Source: Takakia lepidozioides
Lineage: Eukaryota; Plantae; Bryophyta
Direction of reading: 5' to 3'
Length of the DNA stretch: 64,000 nt
Assembly (NCBI GenBank): GCA_030704615.1
Contig: CM060731.1
Location: 72,416,001-72,480,000, forward strand
The notes below the pieces were generated by a model that saw nothing but the letters and a program-made list of their open reading frames with translations, had not been told where the DNA came from and searched no databases. This document shows positions 33,001 through 46,280 of the stretch, in pieces. A program made the translations under genes and the position numbers. Every line of letters begins with the position of its first letter. Position 1 is the stretch's first letter.

Positions 33001-34753
33001 CAAAGAGAGTCACCCATACATCAAGGAGAGGAACAAAGAAAAGAAATGGGAAACCTGCAAGCGCCAGGTCTCAAGCTCCTGAAATAAAATCTCAAAGTCG
33101 GCTCCAGTGCGTGGATTCATGCGTCGCTCTATCTCATAACGCAAGTTGTTATCATGCTCCTCTTTCTTTTTCCTCTCCTGCTCAACCCAAAACTGTCTAC
33201 ACAGACAGGTACCCAGTCTGAACAGAGGTCTATTGCGTTGCAAGATGTTGCAAAAGAACAGACGATTTATGAACAACCTATCTGCAATACACCCTTGTAA
33301 ATGCCTGAGGGGGGGACAATTTCTTTCAACTAGTTATTAGCAGCAAAGATGTAAACCAACCCATCTGCATTAGACTTCTTAATGCCAGTCTGACCCTCAT
33401 GTTCGATAGCCTGTGTTTTCAGCTGCAAACTCAAAGTCAACTGTGTAAATAGTTGGAGGTGAAATCCAATGCACCTGGAGTCATGGCATGCATTAGAAAT
33501 GTGTACCGGTTTGGTCCATGGTGGAGGCAGAGGCTGCAAAACGAACCTCCTTCTTCTCTCTTGCATACTGTCGCATACGATCCGCAGTTCTTTCAGCAAG
33601 TGCCCGACGTGCATACTTTTGGATAACAGTGGCTGCCCTTCTTCGTTCTTCGTCCCATTGGTCTGAGTCCTTGTAGGGACCTGGAATTCTCGAGTAATCG
33701 TAACTCTCATCAATCGAGACTCCATTCCCATCCACCTGTGTGAAGGCCTCCTTCATCGTCTGCTTGTTCTGGCTCTTCATCTCTGATTTATGTGTCTCTC
33801 GCGTAATCATAAGTGGCCACTCCTTCTTTGGTCTCGTTGGCCATGGAATGTTTGTCTGGGCCGTCGCGTGCAAGTACTTTGTTCCTAGTTAAATGACACT
33901 ATCAGTCCATGGCATTCTTGGCTGAAAATTTTCCTAGTGATAACGTGTTAACGGTCAGGAAGCGGGACAGGATGGGACAAAAGGAAACAAGAAACAGGAA
34001 AGAGAACAAAAGACAAAGAGTGAAGCCAGAAGCAGCCCAAAAGAAACTACTGCTCCAGGGATTGCCTAAGGGTCAAAGCTTCGTGCAGATAAGCTGCCAA
34101 GCATTTCCGATCCTCACAATGGAAGACTTCTGCGAGAGAGTAGGTTTCACGGAACAGACAGTTGAGTCTCCCACGGATCTCATAGTGAAGAGTGCAGGAA
34201 AAGAAGAAGTGTTCTTCAGTTTCGATACACCGGTTGGGCCCGGTGCATGCTGGGCATAGGCGGTCTTCTCGCTGCAGGTTTGCCCACCTACTAGTCTCTA
34301 TCCCTAAATACAAAAAGAAAAAAAGAAAGAAAGAAAGAAAACTGTAGTACATGGGAAGAAGGAACTTCAAGATCTGATGCACAGGGTAAGTGAATCTGCG
34401 AGTACTACAGAAAGAAAGAGCAGCTGGTTACCGACTCTTCTGTCCCGATAACCCCCCCGATAGGGTAATTCTTCCTCTTCTTCTCGATCAACATATACAG
34501 TTAAGAGGGCACTGGCCCCCTCGCCCTCCCTCTCCACATTGACAAGCAGACTGTCAGGGCCCGTAAATTTCCATTTGTTAGATTTCTTGAAACTGAGGGA
34601 TACTGCAACTAGAGGTGACTCTGGACCCTCCTCCAAAGTCACTGAAACATGTTCTTGGACATCGAGGGACAAAGCAACGGGAGCTACTCGCGGACCCTCT
34701 TTCAATGTCACTGTGACATGCTGGGGGCGCAATTTTGACGTTGAAGGCGCCAT
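30035..34753 (-). CDS. IQUB: IQUB / FAP253-like IQ-motif flagellar radial-spoke protein; exons about 34753-34432, 33884-33547, 33192-33055, 32453-32379, 31824-31645, 30990-30779, 30151-30035
   Basis: Spliced product contains GGYRDRRVGTKYLHATAQT, IQ motif VIQKYARRALA, ERRMNPRTGADFEILFQELETWR, ELKLLQAIDKLR, DERMGVLGFVKWTV...LTREVLLLIEREADL and QFVETPDFNPEA. These are motifs I recognise from IQUB. Confidence 0.88.
31464..31548 (+). mobile_element. About 85-nt structured micro-retroposon, copy B (IQUB intron, antisense)
   Basis: ATAGGGCCCACCCCCGAAAGGGGGCAGTAGCAGCAAGGCAAAGTGGCTCTTAGTTACG...CCGGAGTCTTCTCTC. Perfect 13-bp TSD TACCATGATGTGT at 31451-31463 and 31549-31561. Confidence 0.88.
33890..34305 (-). 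mobile_element. 5'-truncated RTE-X-like LINE 3' end (ORF2 C-terminal zinc knuckle plus 3' UTR) in IQUB intron 1
   Basis: LGIETSRW...REDRLCPAC...IETEEHFFFSC...YEIR fits the typical LxIExGR...RxC..C...ExExHFxxxC..Y..IR C-terminus. Stop at 34047, followed by a pyrimidine-rich UTR. Confidence 0.75.
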
Positions 34754-35182
34754 ATTTGTATCCCTTCTCGTACTTTGAGGTTCTGCTTACTACAAAATGT
34801 CGTGGTTTCTGTCTTTCCTGAAAGAATATGTACTGCTGTCCAGGTTGGTCCTACACATTCCTCCAGTGTGTGTGATCGCACTCTCCTCCTCACATACCTG
34901 AAGTCAAAGGATTTAATGGTGCACTCAGTCGACAGTCTCTCTTTCACATTGCTTCTTCTTCTTCTTGTTCTGAAATGAAATCATTTACACACAGGTGAGA
35001 CGCATCGATCTGCTACATAACTGAATTTGTTGATGTGCTTCTGTAATTGTCACTTGATATCTCGGGTGCGCGCGTAAGATACTGCAAGTTCAGCCGAAGG
35101 AAATGACAAGTAGATTGTAGCTGTACCAATTTACTTGGTCGCTATTCTGTCCCACGCATCGTGTGTCTCGCTCCAACAAAAC

Positions 35183-36073
35183 TTAACGGGCATCATTCTT
35201 CACAAGAGACACGTATGCAATCCCTCCCCATTTCCGCAATCTCTTACAACTTGCCGTTAATTTCACAAAACCATGTCTGCTAGAAAAGATGATATCCCCT
35301 CCAAGTAGGCGTTCTCGTGGAAAGACTTCATGAAACATAACTTGAAGAATTTTAGAGAAGTAAGCTCCAAGGACCAAAGCTGCCGTTTGAAGAATTCCCA
35401 GTAACGAGAATGTCAGCCGAAGGCCATGAAGGCCACGTCATTCTTACGTGAGAATACGAGAGCTTGGTGCCAACTCAAAGAAATGACAGATGGAGTTGGG
35501 CTATTGCCATTGTTTCTGATCATAAGATTCACAAACTTACGTGGTTCATCCTTCTCACTCAATCGTGGTCGAGATTGCAACACCTGAAGTGTTCTGGACT
35601 AGTTTGTTGTAACCACCTATCTCTTCATGCTTTTTGTTTGCCTCTTCATGAAAGTTCTCTCTGTTCACTGTAAAAGCGGCCTTCCATGTACCCGGCCCAC
35701 CGTTTAAGGAAAGAAACGGACAAAAATGGCCAGGTACACATATTGCTTCCATGCATGGGACGGCAGGGCCGGTCGCCGAGCGTTTGTAGCGCACCCCATA
35801 AAATAGGAAGGGAGCTCCGCAGCCCAGCACCGCGAATTGAATGCAGTGTCCACTTACCTGCCACGTCACACTAAAGTCACGCTTACCTACAGTATCCTCT
35901 ACCACCTCACTGTAAAGTTCAAAAAGAGCACCCAGTCGCCGAGCTCCACATGATTGTGGAAACGCTCTCAAGAACTGGGCTATTTTCTCCAGGCGTTGGG
36001 CAAACTCCTTCTTTTGCGGGGAGGGCTCCTCCCACATGGAAGGACGCTCTAAGTTTCTAGTATTTGAGACCAT
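35183..36073 (-). CDS. Candidate spliced orphan gene of about 150 aa; exons 36073-35858, 35583-35541, 35379-35183
   Basis: TATAAATA about 165 bp upstream, two GTAAGT donors and CAG acceptors, and an open frame across both junctions. No recognisable domain. Confidence 0.45.
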
Positions 36074-39000
36074 ACTTTCTGTTCTTCTTCTACCTCTACA
36101 AATCTAGAAAGACACATCGTCTGGCCAATGAAATTTAGAAGCTATCACATGGAGAAAGTCCAGCCGTGCATCATATCAGAACAGTGATCCGGGAATACTG
36201 TTGTTACTGTTACTGCCCACTGTCCAGGTTGCCCTATTTATAGGCAAGGCACAAATACCCAAGCATTGGGCATCATGAGCATCGTCATTGTCTTCTGGCC
36301 TCATATCTACTCACTACAGTTTGGGGGGTTGGAGAGCGTAAGTGGAAAAATGATTAAAGCATTGTTGATATTATTAGTCATGTTGGTAATGTCTATCTAT
36401 GTGTCTAGGGGAGAGAGAGAGAGAGGGTTTGAACAATTCAGGTAGTAGCAACATCAAAATTTGCAATAATTGACATATTTGGGCTTCGCCACCACACACA
36501 CAACTATGTTTCTTATTAGGTTAATTTGATTGTCTTGTTTGGTGAGTAAATATGATATGGCCTTCTTGAGCTCACATATAATGTTATCATCCTTCCAAGA
36601 TCAATACTCCATATTATACTGCTCTCTTCCCTTTGAATGTCAAGAATATGAAGTAGGAGTGTGTTGAGAAAATGTATGATGTTGGAACATCTCAACAAAA
36701 TTGGAGATTAGACATGAATTGAATTATGAAGATTCACTCACACTCTAGTCTCTATTATACTCATTTGAGCTAGTACATATAATTTAGTGGTGGTACCTAT
36801 TGGATGTTTCCATTTTTTTTAGTGAAGACCTTGCATGCTATACTAAATAACTAAGTTGGAGGGGGGAAAGGCCACGCAAAGCACAGCCCTCCCCTCTTTT
36901 ATATTCCCTCTTAGGCTTTGGGTCTGGCCTTGTGATCAGATGGCGCTTGAGCCTTCCAAAAGGTTGGTCAACTGCCACATCATAGCCCCACGGTTGATGT
37001 CTACACACGTCTTCCTCCCCTCGCTCTCTTGCATCGCTCTCTTGCATTTGGTCCTACCTCCCTATTGGTCCCTACTGACCGTCTCTATTTCCTTGATCTT
37101 CAAAAATTCCTTAAATAAATGTTGAGTACTTATCATGTATGGTGATTAGTTGATGCAACCTACAATTCATTTGAGCAGCCCAAACTTTAGCCAGGGCACC
37201 CAAAGGTCGAGAGGAAACGCTAGTTCTGGAGCATAAAACATAATATGCTTCTTTGTTGCACATGGCTTCTCATGAGGTAGTCCCGATTGCGCCCCACAAA
37301 TAGGCACCCCCTTATTTGCAACGACGATTGAGGATGCATGATTTGCTCACCGAGTTCCAAAATGGGTGCGGTGAACATACACATTTCAGGCTTCAGTGTG
37401 GACACATCATTGTCCACAAGATGAATCCAACCTTTTGGAGAGTGGTATGGACGTATGGAGGTGACTTGGTTTGGAAGAGTAAGAGGTCACATGACTTTTA
37501 CTGAGAAAACGATAGAGAAGAGGGAAGACATGCACGAATAGAATATTGAGTTATTAGAGTTGAACTTTAAAATTATTCAAATGGATGTTGAAGACCAAGT
37601 TTGGCCATGTTCAAAATTTAGAAGAGCAATCATCATCCCCAAGATCAGTAGTCGAAAAAGAATAACATATACAAGTGTACAAAGTTAGAACTCAACTTTC
37701 CAATTACATTACCATTTTGTACATAGCAGGCCCTTGGGAGACCTCTTTATCATGCTTCTTTAATGGAATAACCTTCATTCGTGCACCATTAAGAATACAC
37801 TATTGTGAACATGGACTTATACTTGGTGAGTCTATAAGCTTGGACGTGTAATTGTGGGCTCGCGCAATTAACTATCCACTATGCAGTTTAGGCCTTACAA
37901 ACATGGATTCAATCATGATAAATATGTATAATCGTGGGAATAAGTTTATTTCATTTCCATAAATTATGTTCTCATGATACGTCACAAAAATGATGTTTAA
38001 AGAAAAATCATCTAAACACCAAGTACTCAACACACTGTCACAATTCAAAAATCAAAGACTGGCAAATATGGTGCATGTGCGGGCTCAAGCGTTTATGTCG
38101 CTAGAACTTATGTCGCTAGAACTAACTCTTGTTGCAGCTCACCAATTAACTGTTTTTTTCTGTTAAATTTAAATTTAAAAATACATGTGTCCCATTTATA
38201 GCGTGAATGCACATTGATCAAAAAATAATAGTAATAATTAAGTAAAAAACTGAAATTTTAGAATTGAAAATCAAAAAATAATCACATACTATTCATCATG
38301 GAACAATGAACTGTTCATTTTTTAGCATGTTCCATTTACAACCTAGGTGTGACATTGAATAATCCTCCTCAGCATGCAACAACGCTCCATGCTATCTTCA
38401 AATCTACCTGGGCAAGGAATGGTTACTTATGCATCAGCTCTTCGCCGACCCGGTGTGTCTAGATGATAGACTTCCTGATTTCTCTAGATGAATAGTCATT
38501 TTTAGTTTCATCGTTTGGGGTGTCACAACCATGTCGTTTCTATAAGCTCCCTTTGGGAGAATTCGATCGTGGAATCATTGATTGCCTTATGGTGTACTCG
38601 GGGTTTTAATTTTTTTTCCTCAAATAAGTCTAAATAAAATTTATCCAGGGCCTCTGTCCCTGTTATTGAACTTACCAAAAAACCTATACAAAATGTATTT
38701 TGTATGTTTAAGAAAAAAACCAAAAAATGACACAGAAGATATGTCGTGAAAATCAACAGTTCGCCAATGAATGATTGATTTTTTATGAAGTTCCATTAAC
38801 AACATTAGCGTCGCATATATAGATATCTATAACCGATAAAATGACACAAAAGACCATAGCCAAGCCTACCTTTTAAACGAAAATTGATGTTTCTTTAAAA
38901 TCTTTAAAATAGACAGAGAAGACATATTCTGGACATCAGTAGTTTGTTGGCGAGCTTCTGATTTTTCAGTTTATCATAACAACAACGTAAGCATAAATGT

Positions 39001-39769
39001 CGCATTGGCCAATTATTTTATTTTTCAAAAAAATGTCATTAGAAAGAAAAGAAAAAAGAAAAAAATCTTTGCATTTGATACAGCTCCTAATTAATAGAAA
39101 TTTAGGTCTTAAAGTACAAGCTAAGAAGTGCAATGACAAGGAAAAATATATCGTTGAAAATGAGCAATTCATTGGTAAGCTATTGATTTTCACTATATCC
39201 CATTCAATATTTCCCCTTCTGCTTCTGCTGGGACAGCTTGTCCACCTTTTTATAAAGTATAAGGGTGTCCACTTCCTTTAAAAAAAAAAAAAAATAAAAA
39301 ATCCTCATTGGCCAAACTTGGAATAAAAATTCAAATTTTGAGACAAAAGATACATCCCATCAATTAACAGTTTGTTACGAATTGCTTTTGCAATCTGACT
39401 GCGCATACTTACGAGAAAAAATCATACTAGAAAGCTTTATCTTTGATTGCATTTTATTTTGAATAAATAGTCTATTAGTGAACTATTATTTTTCGCATAG
39501 TGTGGTGTGTAGCAATGATCGTATTATGGTTGTTTCATGTTGAGGAGCTTCCGAACTCCATGGAATCTTCCTTAATCACTCATGAGTCGAAAGCTTCTAG
39601 GATTGAAAACACACCTCGTGTGTATGCAACCAAGTAAAAATCTTCAAAGAGATCAAATATGTGGTCACATTATAAATTCAAATTAACGATAAATATTCTA
39701 TGTAAGCAATTTTTGTGTACCACAAACGTTTCATTTTACATTTGTTCATTGTTAACAAAAGTTAGATGA

Positions 39770-40954
39770 CAGTGGACACTTGGGTCAAGGGCACAGGCTA
39801 CCCTAGTCAATATATGAAGCGAGACATTTGTTTTCTTTTGTTTGTTTTGTCACGTTGAGATGTCCCAAACCGCGGCCCAGCCTTGGTGCTTGGTACCGTT
39901 GGAAAGCCCTCAGTAAAGAGGGGTGCACGGGCTTGGTCTCATGATTTTTGGACCTGCGGTGTGGGAGATGTCGAATTTCAAGTACTTTTGGTCGATAGGA
40001 GAGTGGGCTTTTCTGGCACAATGATCGGAGCCTCGGCGGGAGAGATATCAAGGAAAAGGTCTCATGTTCAAATCATGTCATAGATTCCGTGGAAAAAAAA
40101 TGATTAGACTTGGATGACCTAGATGACATTGGACACTTCCGCCAATGGCATATGCTACCTGGAGGTCATACTTGAGCCTAGACATAGGAGACGCACTTGA
40201 ATGCATAGGAGATTGCACTTGGGCTTACATAACCTTGGACACTCGAGCCAACGGCAGAGGCTACCCTACGTCAATATATTAAGCAAGCCAATTTGTGTTT
40301 GTTTGTTTGTTTTGTTTGTTTTGTCACGTTGAGATGTCCCGAACCGCATGCCCCAGCCCTGGTGCTTGATACCGTTGGAAAGCCCTCGATGAGGAGGGGT
40401 GTACCGACTTGGTCTTATAATTTTTGGACTTGCGGTGTGGGAGATATGGAATTTCAAGTGCTTTTGTTCATTGGAAATTCATGAAAAATAACAAAGTGGG
40501 CTTTCCTGGAGTAATGATTGGCCCTTCATGTGGGAGATTTGGAATAAGTACATTTGCTCACTGGAAATTCGCGAAAAATAACAAAGTGGATATATCAATA
40601 TATGAAGCCTCGACAGGGGAGATTGCAAAATAGCAAAGTGGGCTTTGTTGGAACAATGACATGGAGATCTCCCAACCTGTAAGGACTCCGGATGCATAGG
40701 GGATTGCACTTGGAGTACTTAGATGACATTGGACACTCTCGATCGCACTTGGGCCTCCCGCATGGGAAAAGCACTTGGATACATAGGACATTGCACTTGG
40801 GCTTAGATTTCAATTCTTCACACATCGGCCAATGGCACCGTCTACCCTCTAGGTCACGCTTGGGCCTCGAGATACGAGATGCACTTGGATACATAGGGGA
40901 TTGCACTTGGACTTACATGACATTGGACACTTGGGCTGGCCCAAGCTACCCTAG
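39770..40954 (+). mobile_element. Head-to-tail tandem non-autonomous Helitron units
   Basis: Three similar 3' ends GGACACT...GCTACCCTAG (39806, 40270 as a CTACG variant, 40954). Two are followed directly by a TCAATATAT 5' end. Units 39807-40270 and 40271-40954 share the first ~200 bp. Confidence 0.7.
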
Positions 40955-41967
40955 TTTACAATTGAATAAGCCCAGAAGCACGTTTTGGGCCCAGTGGGTG
41001 GTTAAGGGTTCCTAAACACCATAAGCCCTTTGGGGTCTGTCAGTTTCACTTTACTGCCCCTCCAAGTTCCTCCCTGGCAGCTACACAGTCTATCCTTGTG
41101 TAAAAATAGAGTCATGCATCTGTTGGCACTGCCCAATTGCTCCAACGTGACTAATGTCAGAGATTGTTAACTTCAGCTTTTTCAAACCTGATTTCATGGT
41201 GTTTGCCTGCCCAAATTATGTGGGAGGGGTGTAGGCATGTGAGGCAGTGGCACCGTAATCAACCTTCATGTAGAGCATGCAGAGCTTTGTGTCAGTGGGT
41301 GGGCCCAGGCACAGACAAAACAGAGACCGGGTAAGGAGCAGAAAAACATGGCCACAAATTACAATGTATTACACGAGGCCTTGCAGGGTAAGAAAAGCTC
41401 CTTCCAACAAGCTCCAGAGAATAAGAAAAATTGGTCCATTTGATGATTTTCTGTAGTAGTTTTATGAGCTTTGGGGACTGCCCAACAATGACTGTCATTT
41501 TGTTTTACCTCCCTGCAGCAGCCCCCCATCTAATAAGAAGTCCCAAAACTCCGGATTGACGACATCAGTGGACCACCCGAGGGATCGTGGGTGATCCGAT
41601 TGCGTATTCACTGAGTGTAGCGTCGATCACTCTCGAGGGGCCACAAGCCAGTCCTTAAGAGTCAAGCGGTTGACCTGGTCAGTGTTTGTGCTCTACTTTA
41701 CACTTTACTGATAAAGATCCTATAAGATACAGTTGGATTCCATGGCAAGAAGTGCGCAAAAAGCTGCATCCTGCGCTATACATGCATATCTTTCCGAAGT
41801 CTGAGAAGTGGACTGATGTGCAGTGAAAAGTGCACAGGTATTGGGCAAGTGGCCTAGAGCTTCAAGTGAGGTAGAAAGAATCACAATACGATAGAGAACA
41901 GTTTCCAGAGTCTATCATCTCCTCCCAATTCATATTCAGAGGCGTTGTTTAATTTTGGGAAGACGCA

Positions 41968-44900
41968 ATGCATGGGATAGGGAATTCTAGCTTGTGGGAG
42001 GGCAGTTTTGGGGTAAGATTAACAACAGGTTGGGGGCTGGTAGCTTCTATCCTCGCGTTGCTGGTGGGATATTTGGTGTATTCTCATAGGCAGTCGGAGA
42101 GAAGTTTGAAAAAAAGCCCCCCTCTCCCTCCAGGGAGCTTTGGATTGCCGTTTCTGGGGGAGAGTTTGCAGTATCTGGCAGCTTTGAGAGCCAACGATGG
42201 AATGGACTTCTTTGAAAGACGCCGCGTCAAGTATGGGCAGGTTGATTTTTGCACCTCTTTCCACGTAAAAGCTTCTCTCTCAGAACACGAAGGATACATC
42301 TTGAAGTCCGCTCACGAGCTTTCTTCTTTCTTTCACTCAAAGTGCACAAACGAGACATTTTGGAGTCCATATGGAGTTCGTTATTTAATCGACAGTCTCT
42401 TTATACTCTCTTTTCTTTCATCTTCCTGGGGAATGTGACGATTATTTGAGTTTGAAAGTCCCTCCCACTTCCCCCCTTCTCCCTATGATGATAGTTCATG
42501 TTTTATACTGGTGTGACGAGGGATCCATGAGCTTATTTTCGCCATCACAACTTCCTCTACTTCTTTTGGCCACTTTGGCCTCCCACGATGTAATGAACTA
42601 CTTTCTTCTCGTTTAAGCCAGTTCATGAATTGAGTAAATAATGCTTACATATGATGTATTGACGACATTTGTGTTGAGCACACCACAGCTGATTCTCATT
42701 TGTGTTTTATTGCACTAACGTAACTCGAAGAAAAGTAGCCCTGGATGAGAGAGCTAGGGGTATTAGTGATGGCACGACAGTTGAGGTGGATATGATGGCA
42801 TAGTATTCTTAAGCACGATGCTTCACCAGTGCTTGCTATCATCATCAACACCAGGACACTTAACTAGAAGATGCAGATTAAATACTTCCGGACAAACCAC
42901 TCTAGACAACTCTGTCCATGACCTCACTCTGATGTTGAGCATTCCACTGATCCATACTTTCCAAATCTCCAAGGTACTATTACATGAACTGACGGGTTGT
43001 ATGTGCGAGATTGGTCTTGGCAGGTTTTCAAAACTCATTTAGTTGGACACCCTGTAGCGGTCTTGGATGCTCCTGCAGGAAACCATTTCCTGTTTAGCAA
43101 TGAGAACAAGCTCGTGCAGAGTAATTGGCCTAGCTCAGTTGCCACTCTTCTTGGACAAGGAAGCCTAGCCGTCAAATTCGGGGATGACCACAGGTACGTG
43201 CTAAATTGGGGATTCAGACATGATTACATGTTGCAGTGGCACTAACTGGAATCAGCATGGAATTTAGTCTTGAAATATGGATTACGAGATTGTGATCGAG
43301 GATAGTTATTTGCACTTCTCAGATTAAATGCTGGATCAATTGACATTGGTATGCATGCACATGGAGAGAAGAAAGGAAGGGTGGGGGGGGAGGTCTACTT
43401 GTCCTTCTGCTCAATTACTCAGTTGCATGCTCCATTATGTAAAGGTGGGCTCTCTTGACTTGACAATTGCTGTAGACTCTAAGGGATGAATTCGTGAGTG
43501 TGAATCACGAGATTTCTATGTCTGACTTGATGGATTCAATCTACACAATTTTGCTAGAAGTTTTGGTACATTTGTGTGAAATCTAAAAGACAGACAAAGA
43601 GGAAATGAGGGCAAGTCTCACACTCTCAATGACCACAGGCGGGCCCGCCGTGTTTTCATGACCTTTCTTAGCCCCGAGGGCCTGCAAAGCTTTGTACCCA
43701 GAATGGATACAACTGCAAGATCTCATCTGGCCAAATATTGGGAGGGTGTGAAACAAATTTCTGCAGCCCCAGTGCTGAAGAACTACACCTTTTCATTGGT
43801 GGCGGATTTGTGGCTGAGCCTGGAGGAGGGTCCAGAGTTTGATGCAATGCAAGAAAACATGGAAGTTTTTGTGGACGGCATCATGCAATTACCTATTGAT
43901 CTTCCAGGCACCCGCTACCACAAAGCCAATCGGGCTCGCAGTAATGTTCTAAGCATTCTTGACCCAATAATTACACGCAGGAGGAAGGTATGGGACAATC
44001 CATCACATGAATCGAAAGAGAATGCAAGTGACCGTCAATTGAATGATCACTATCCTATGCCAGTGCTTCACTCTTGTGACTTCTTGATAGGAGTGTACAC
44101 AGAGAAGTTCTGCTACGGAGCTCAGGGGTGCCAATTAAGGAATTCTAACGTAAAACTATGTATTCCTGTATTGAATTCATTTTTGACATGTAACTGTGCA
44201 GGATCTGCAAACGGGAAAGACATCAGCGCAGCAGGATCTCCTATCAGTGTTAATCTGCACACCAGACGATATGGGGCATTTCATGACTGACACAGACATA
44301 AAAGACAACCTGTTGTTGCTCTCGTTTGCAGGCCATGACACCAGCAGTGTCACATTGGCTGTGGTACTTAAGTATTTGGCACTAAATCCCCACTGTTTAG
44401 AGGAGTTAATCCAAGGTAATGTGACTGGAAACTAGAGTTTGATGTGCCATACATCCATAGATGTTTTCACTGACCTCTGCTTGCTGTCTCCTCGGAACCA
44501 TATGGAGCAAGATGTACCCAATAGACAAAAGCTGGTCTGAGGTTTCAAGATTTTGACTCTACCTGTGCTGAGTTCTGCAGAGCAGAGAGAGATATCTGAG
44601 CAGAAGGGAGGGGAGGCCTTGAACTGGGAGGACACTCGGCGTATGAAGTACACATGGCGTGTTATTCAGGAATCGCTGCGGCTACAGCCCCCTGTGCAGG
44701 GGACCTTCCGCAAAGCTATGAAAGACTTTGAGTATGGTGGCTTCACCATTCCCAAGGGCTGGCTGGTAATTTACATTCCCGCTCCTTGTCTGTATCATTG
44801 TACTGGGTTGGTTCGTCTGGCTCTCAATCTAATAATCTATGGTAGTTGATCCCTGCCATGCCTGAATTTTAATCCTCGACTCTTTGTTTTGAAACTGTTC

Positions 44901-45263
44901 AGTTCTTTTTGCCTGCAGAGGTGTGCAATACTAAGCCATGGTGAACGTGGCCTGCAGATTTCGTGGACCTCATGCTGTTCCCACAAGTACCCAGAGTTTT
45001 TCCCAAATCCAGAAAAGTTTGATCCCTCCCGCTTTGAGGGTAAAGGCCCAGTCCCCTACACATACCTCCCTTTTGGAGGAGGGCCACGCACATGCCTGGG
45101 TTCTGAATTTGCCCGCACAGAGATGCTAGTGTTTCTGCATCATCTAGTCCTCCGCCATCAATGGACGCTCATTGACCCCCACGAGAAAATCAGTGTTGAT
45201 CCTATGCCAGTTTTTCACAAGGGACTTCCACTGAGGATTGGCAGGAAAGAACTCGCGGGTTAA
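41968..45263 (+). CDS. Cytochrome P450, CYP85 clan, CYP716-like; exons 41968-42240, 43024-43193, 43639-43987, 44202-44415, 44581-44765, 44958-45263
   Basis: [37 protein letters not shown] (I-helix), ESLR (ExxR), FDPSRF and [10 protein letters not shown] (haem Cys). Six in-frame GT-AG exons. Confidence 0.93.
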
Positions 45264-46280
45264 GTCCAGGCTGAGGTTCTCTCCCAAACCAACACATCCG
45301 TGAAGATGTGAGCCCTGTTGTAGCAATTGATGATGGTCAGGGTTTGCCAACATTGGTTACTTCAGCCTGATCATGACAGTCGACATAGAAGTATCCCACA
45401 TGGGCCTCCACAATCTTCTGCACATGTAGCATATACCAAAATGATACCACACTTGCAAAGTGATTCATGACTTAGTTATTTGTTGTCTTCCCTTGATGTT
45501 GACAGTACAGGGCATAGCTTTTGAATCCAGAGTGAACTCGCTGCGAAGCAGCAAAACTGTCACATGGATGGACTAAAGGTGTTAAGTGGTGTTACAAACT
45601 ACAAGCCTGCACCTGCCAGGGGTAGCTGCTTTTGCAAACATTTCTGGGACACATAAGCTGTAATGGCTAGAGTTAAGACATGATCTCAGGATGCAACTCC
45701 AACATGACAGTTGTATAGACACGAACCGAGTAGAGCACCCATGTCACACAAAGATGGAGTGGAAGGAAGTGAAAAAAGTAGTAGTAGATTTCCAACATTC
45801 ACTATCAACCAAGCTTTCAAGCATAGAACGGTACTCACTGAGTAAATATAGTGTCCAATTGTGGTCTGCAAATGCGGATGTATGTGTAGGGTAAACTTAT
45901 GGAGAATATACTAAGAAGTTACGATCAAGAAGCTTCAACCTTCCAAGAAACAAGTGCATCAAATCAAAGATATGTTCTTAAAAAATGAGAGAGCACCATC
46001 AGTTCAGTACCTTCCAGAACCCAAAGAATGCAGAGAAGTTAAATGGTCTCAATCATAGCACGTAAAACTTGGAGAATGTCCCCCAGTCAAAAAAAACAGC
46101 CCTGCAACTGGTTTGGACTGTGTTTGTGCACTGTCATAGTTTATTGCCAGCAAAATATTAGTAGTCCAGAGCAGGCTCATGACCAGACAATGTTGCCATG
46201 ACAATAGCAAGAGAGGAGCTGTTACTGATTCAACTCTCTACAGGGAATCTCCTTTTCGGCATCATTGACAGGTCTTTTTA

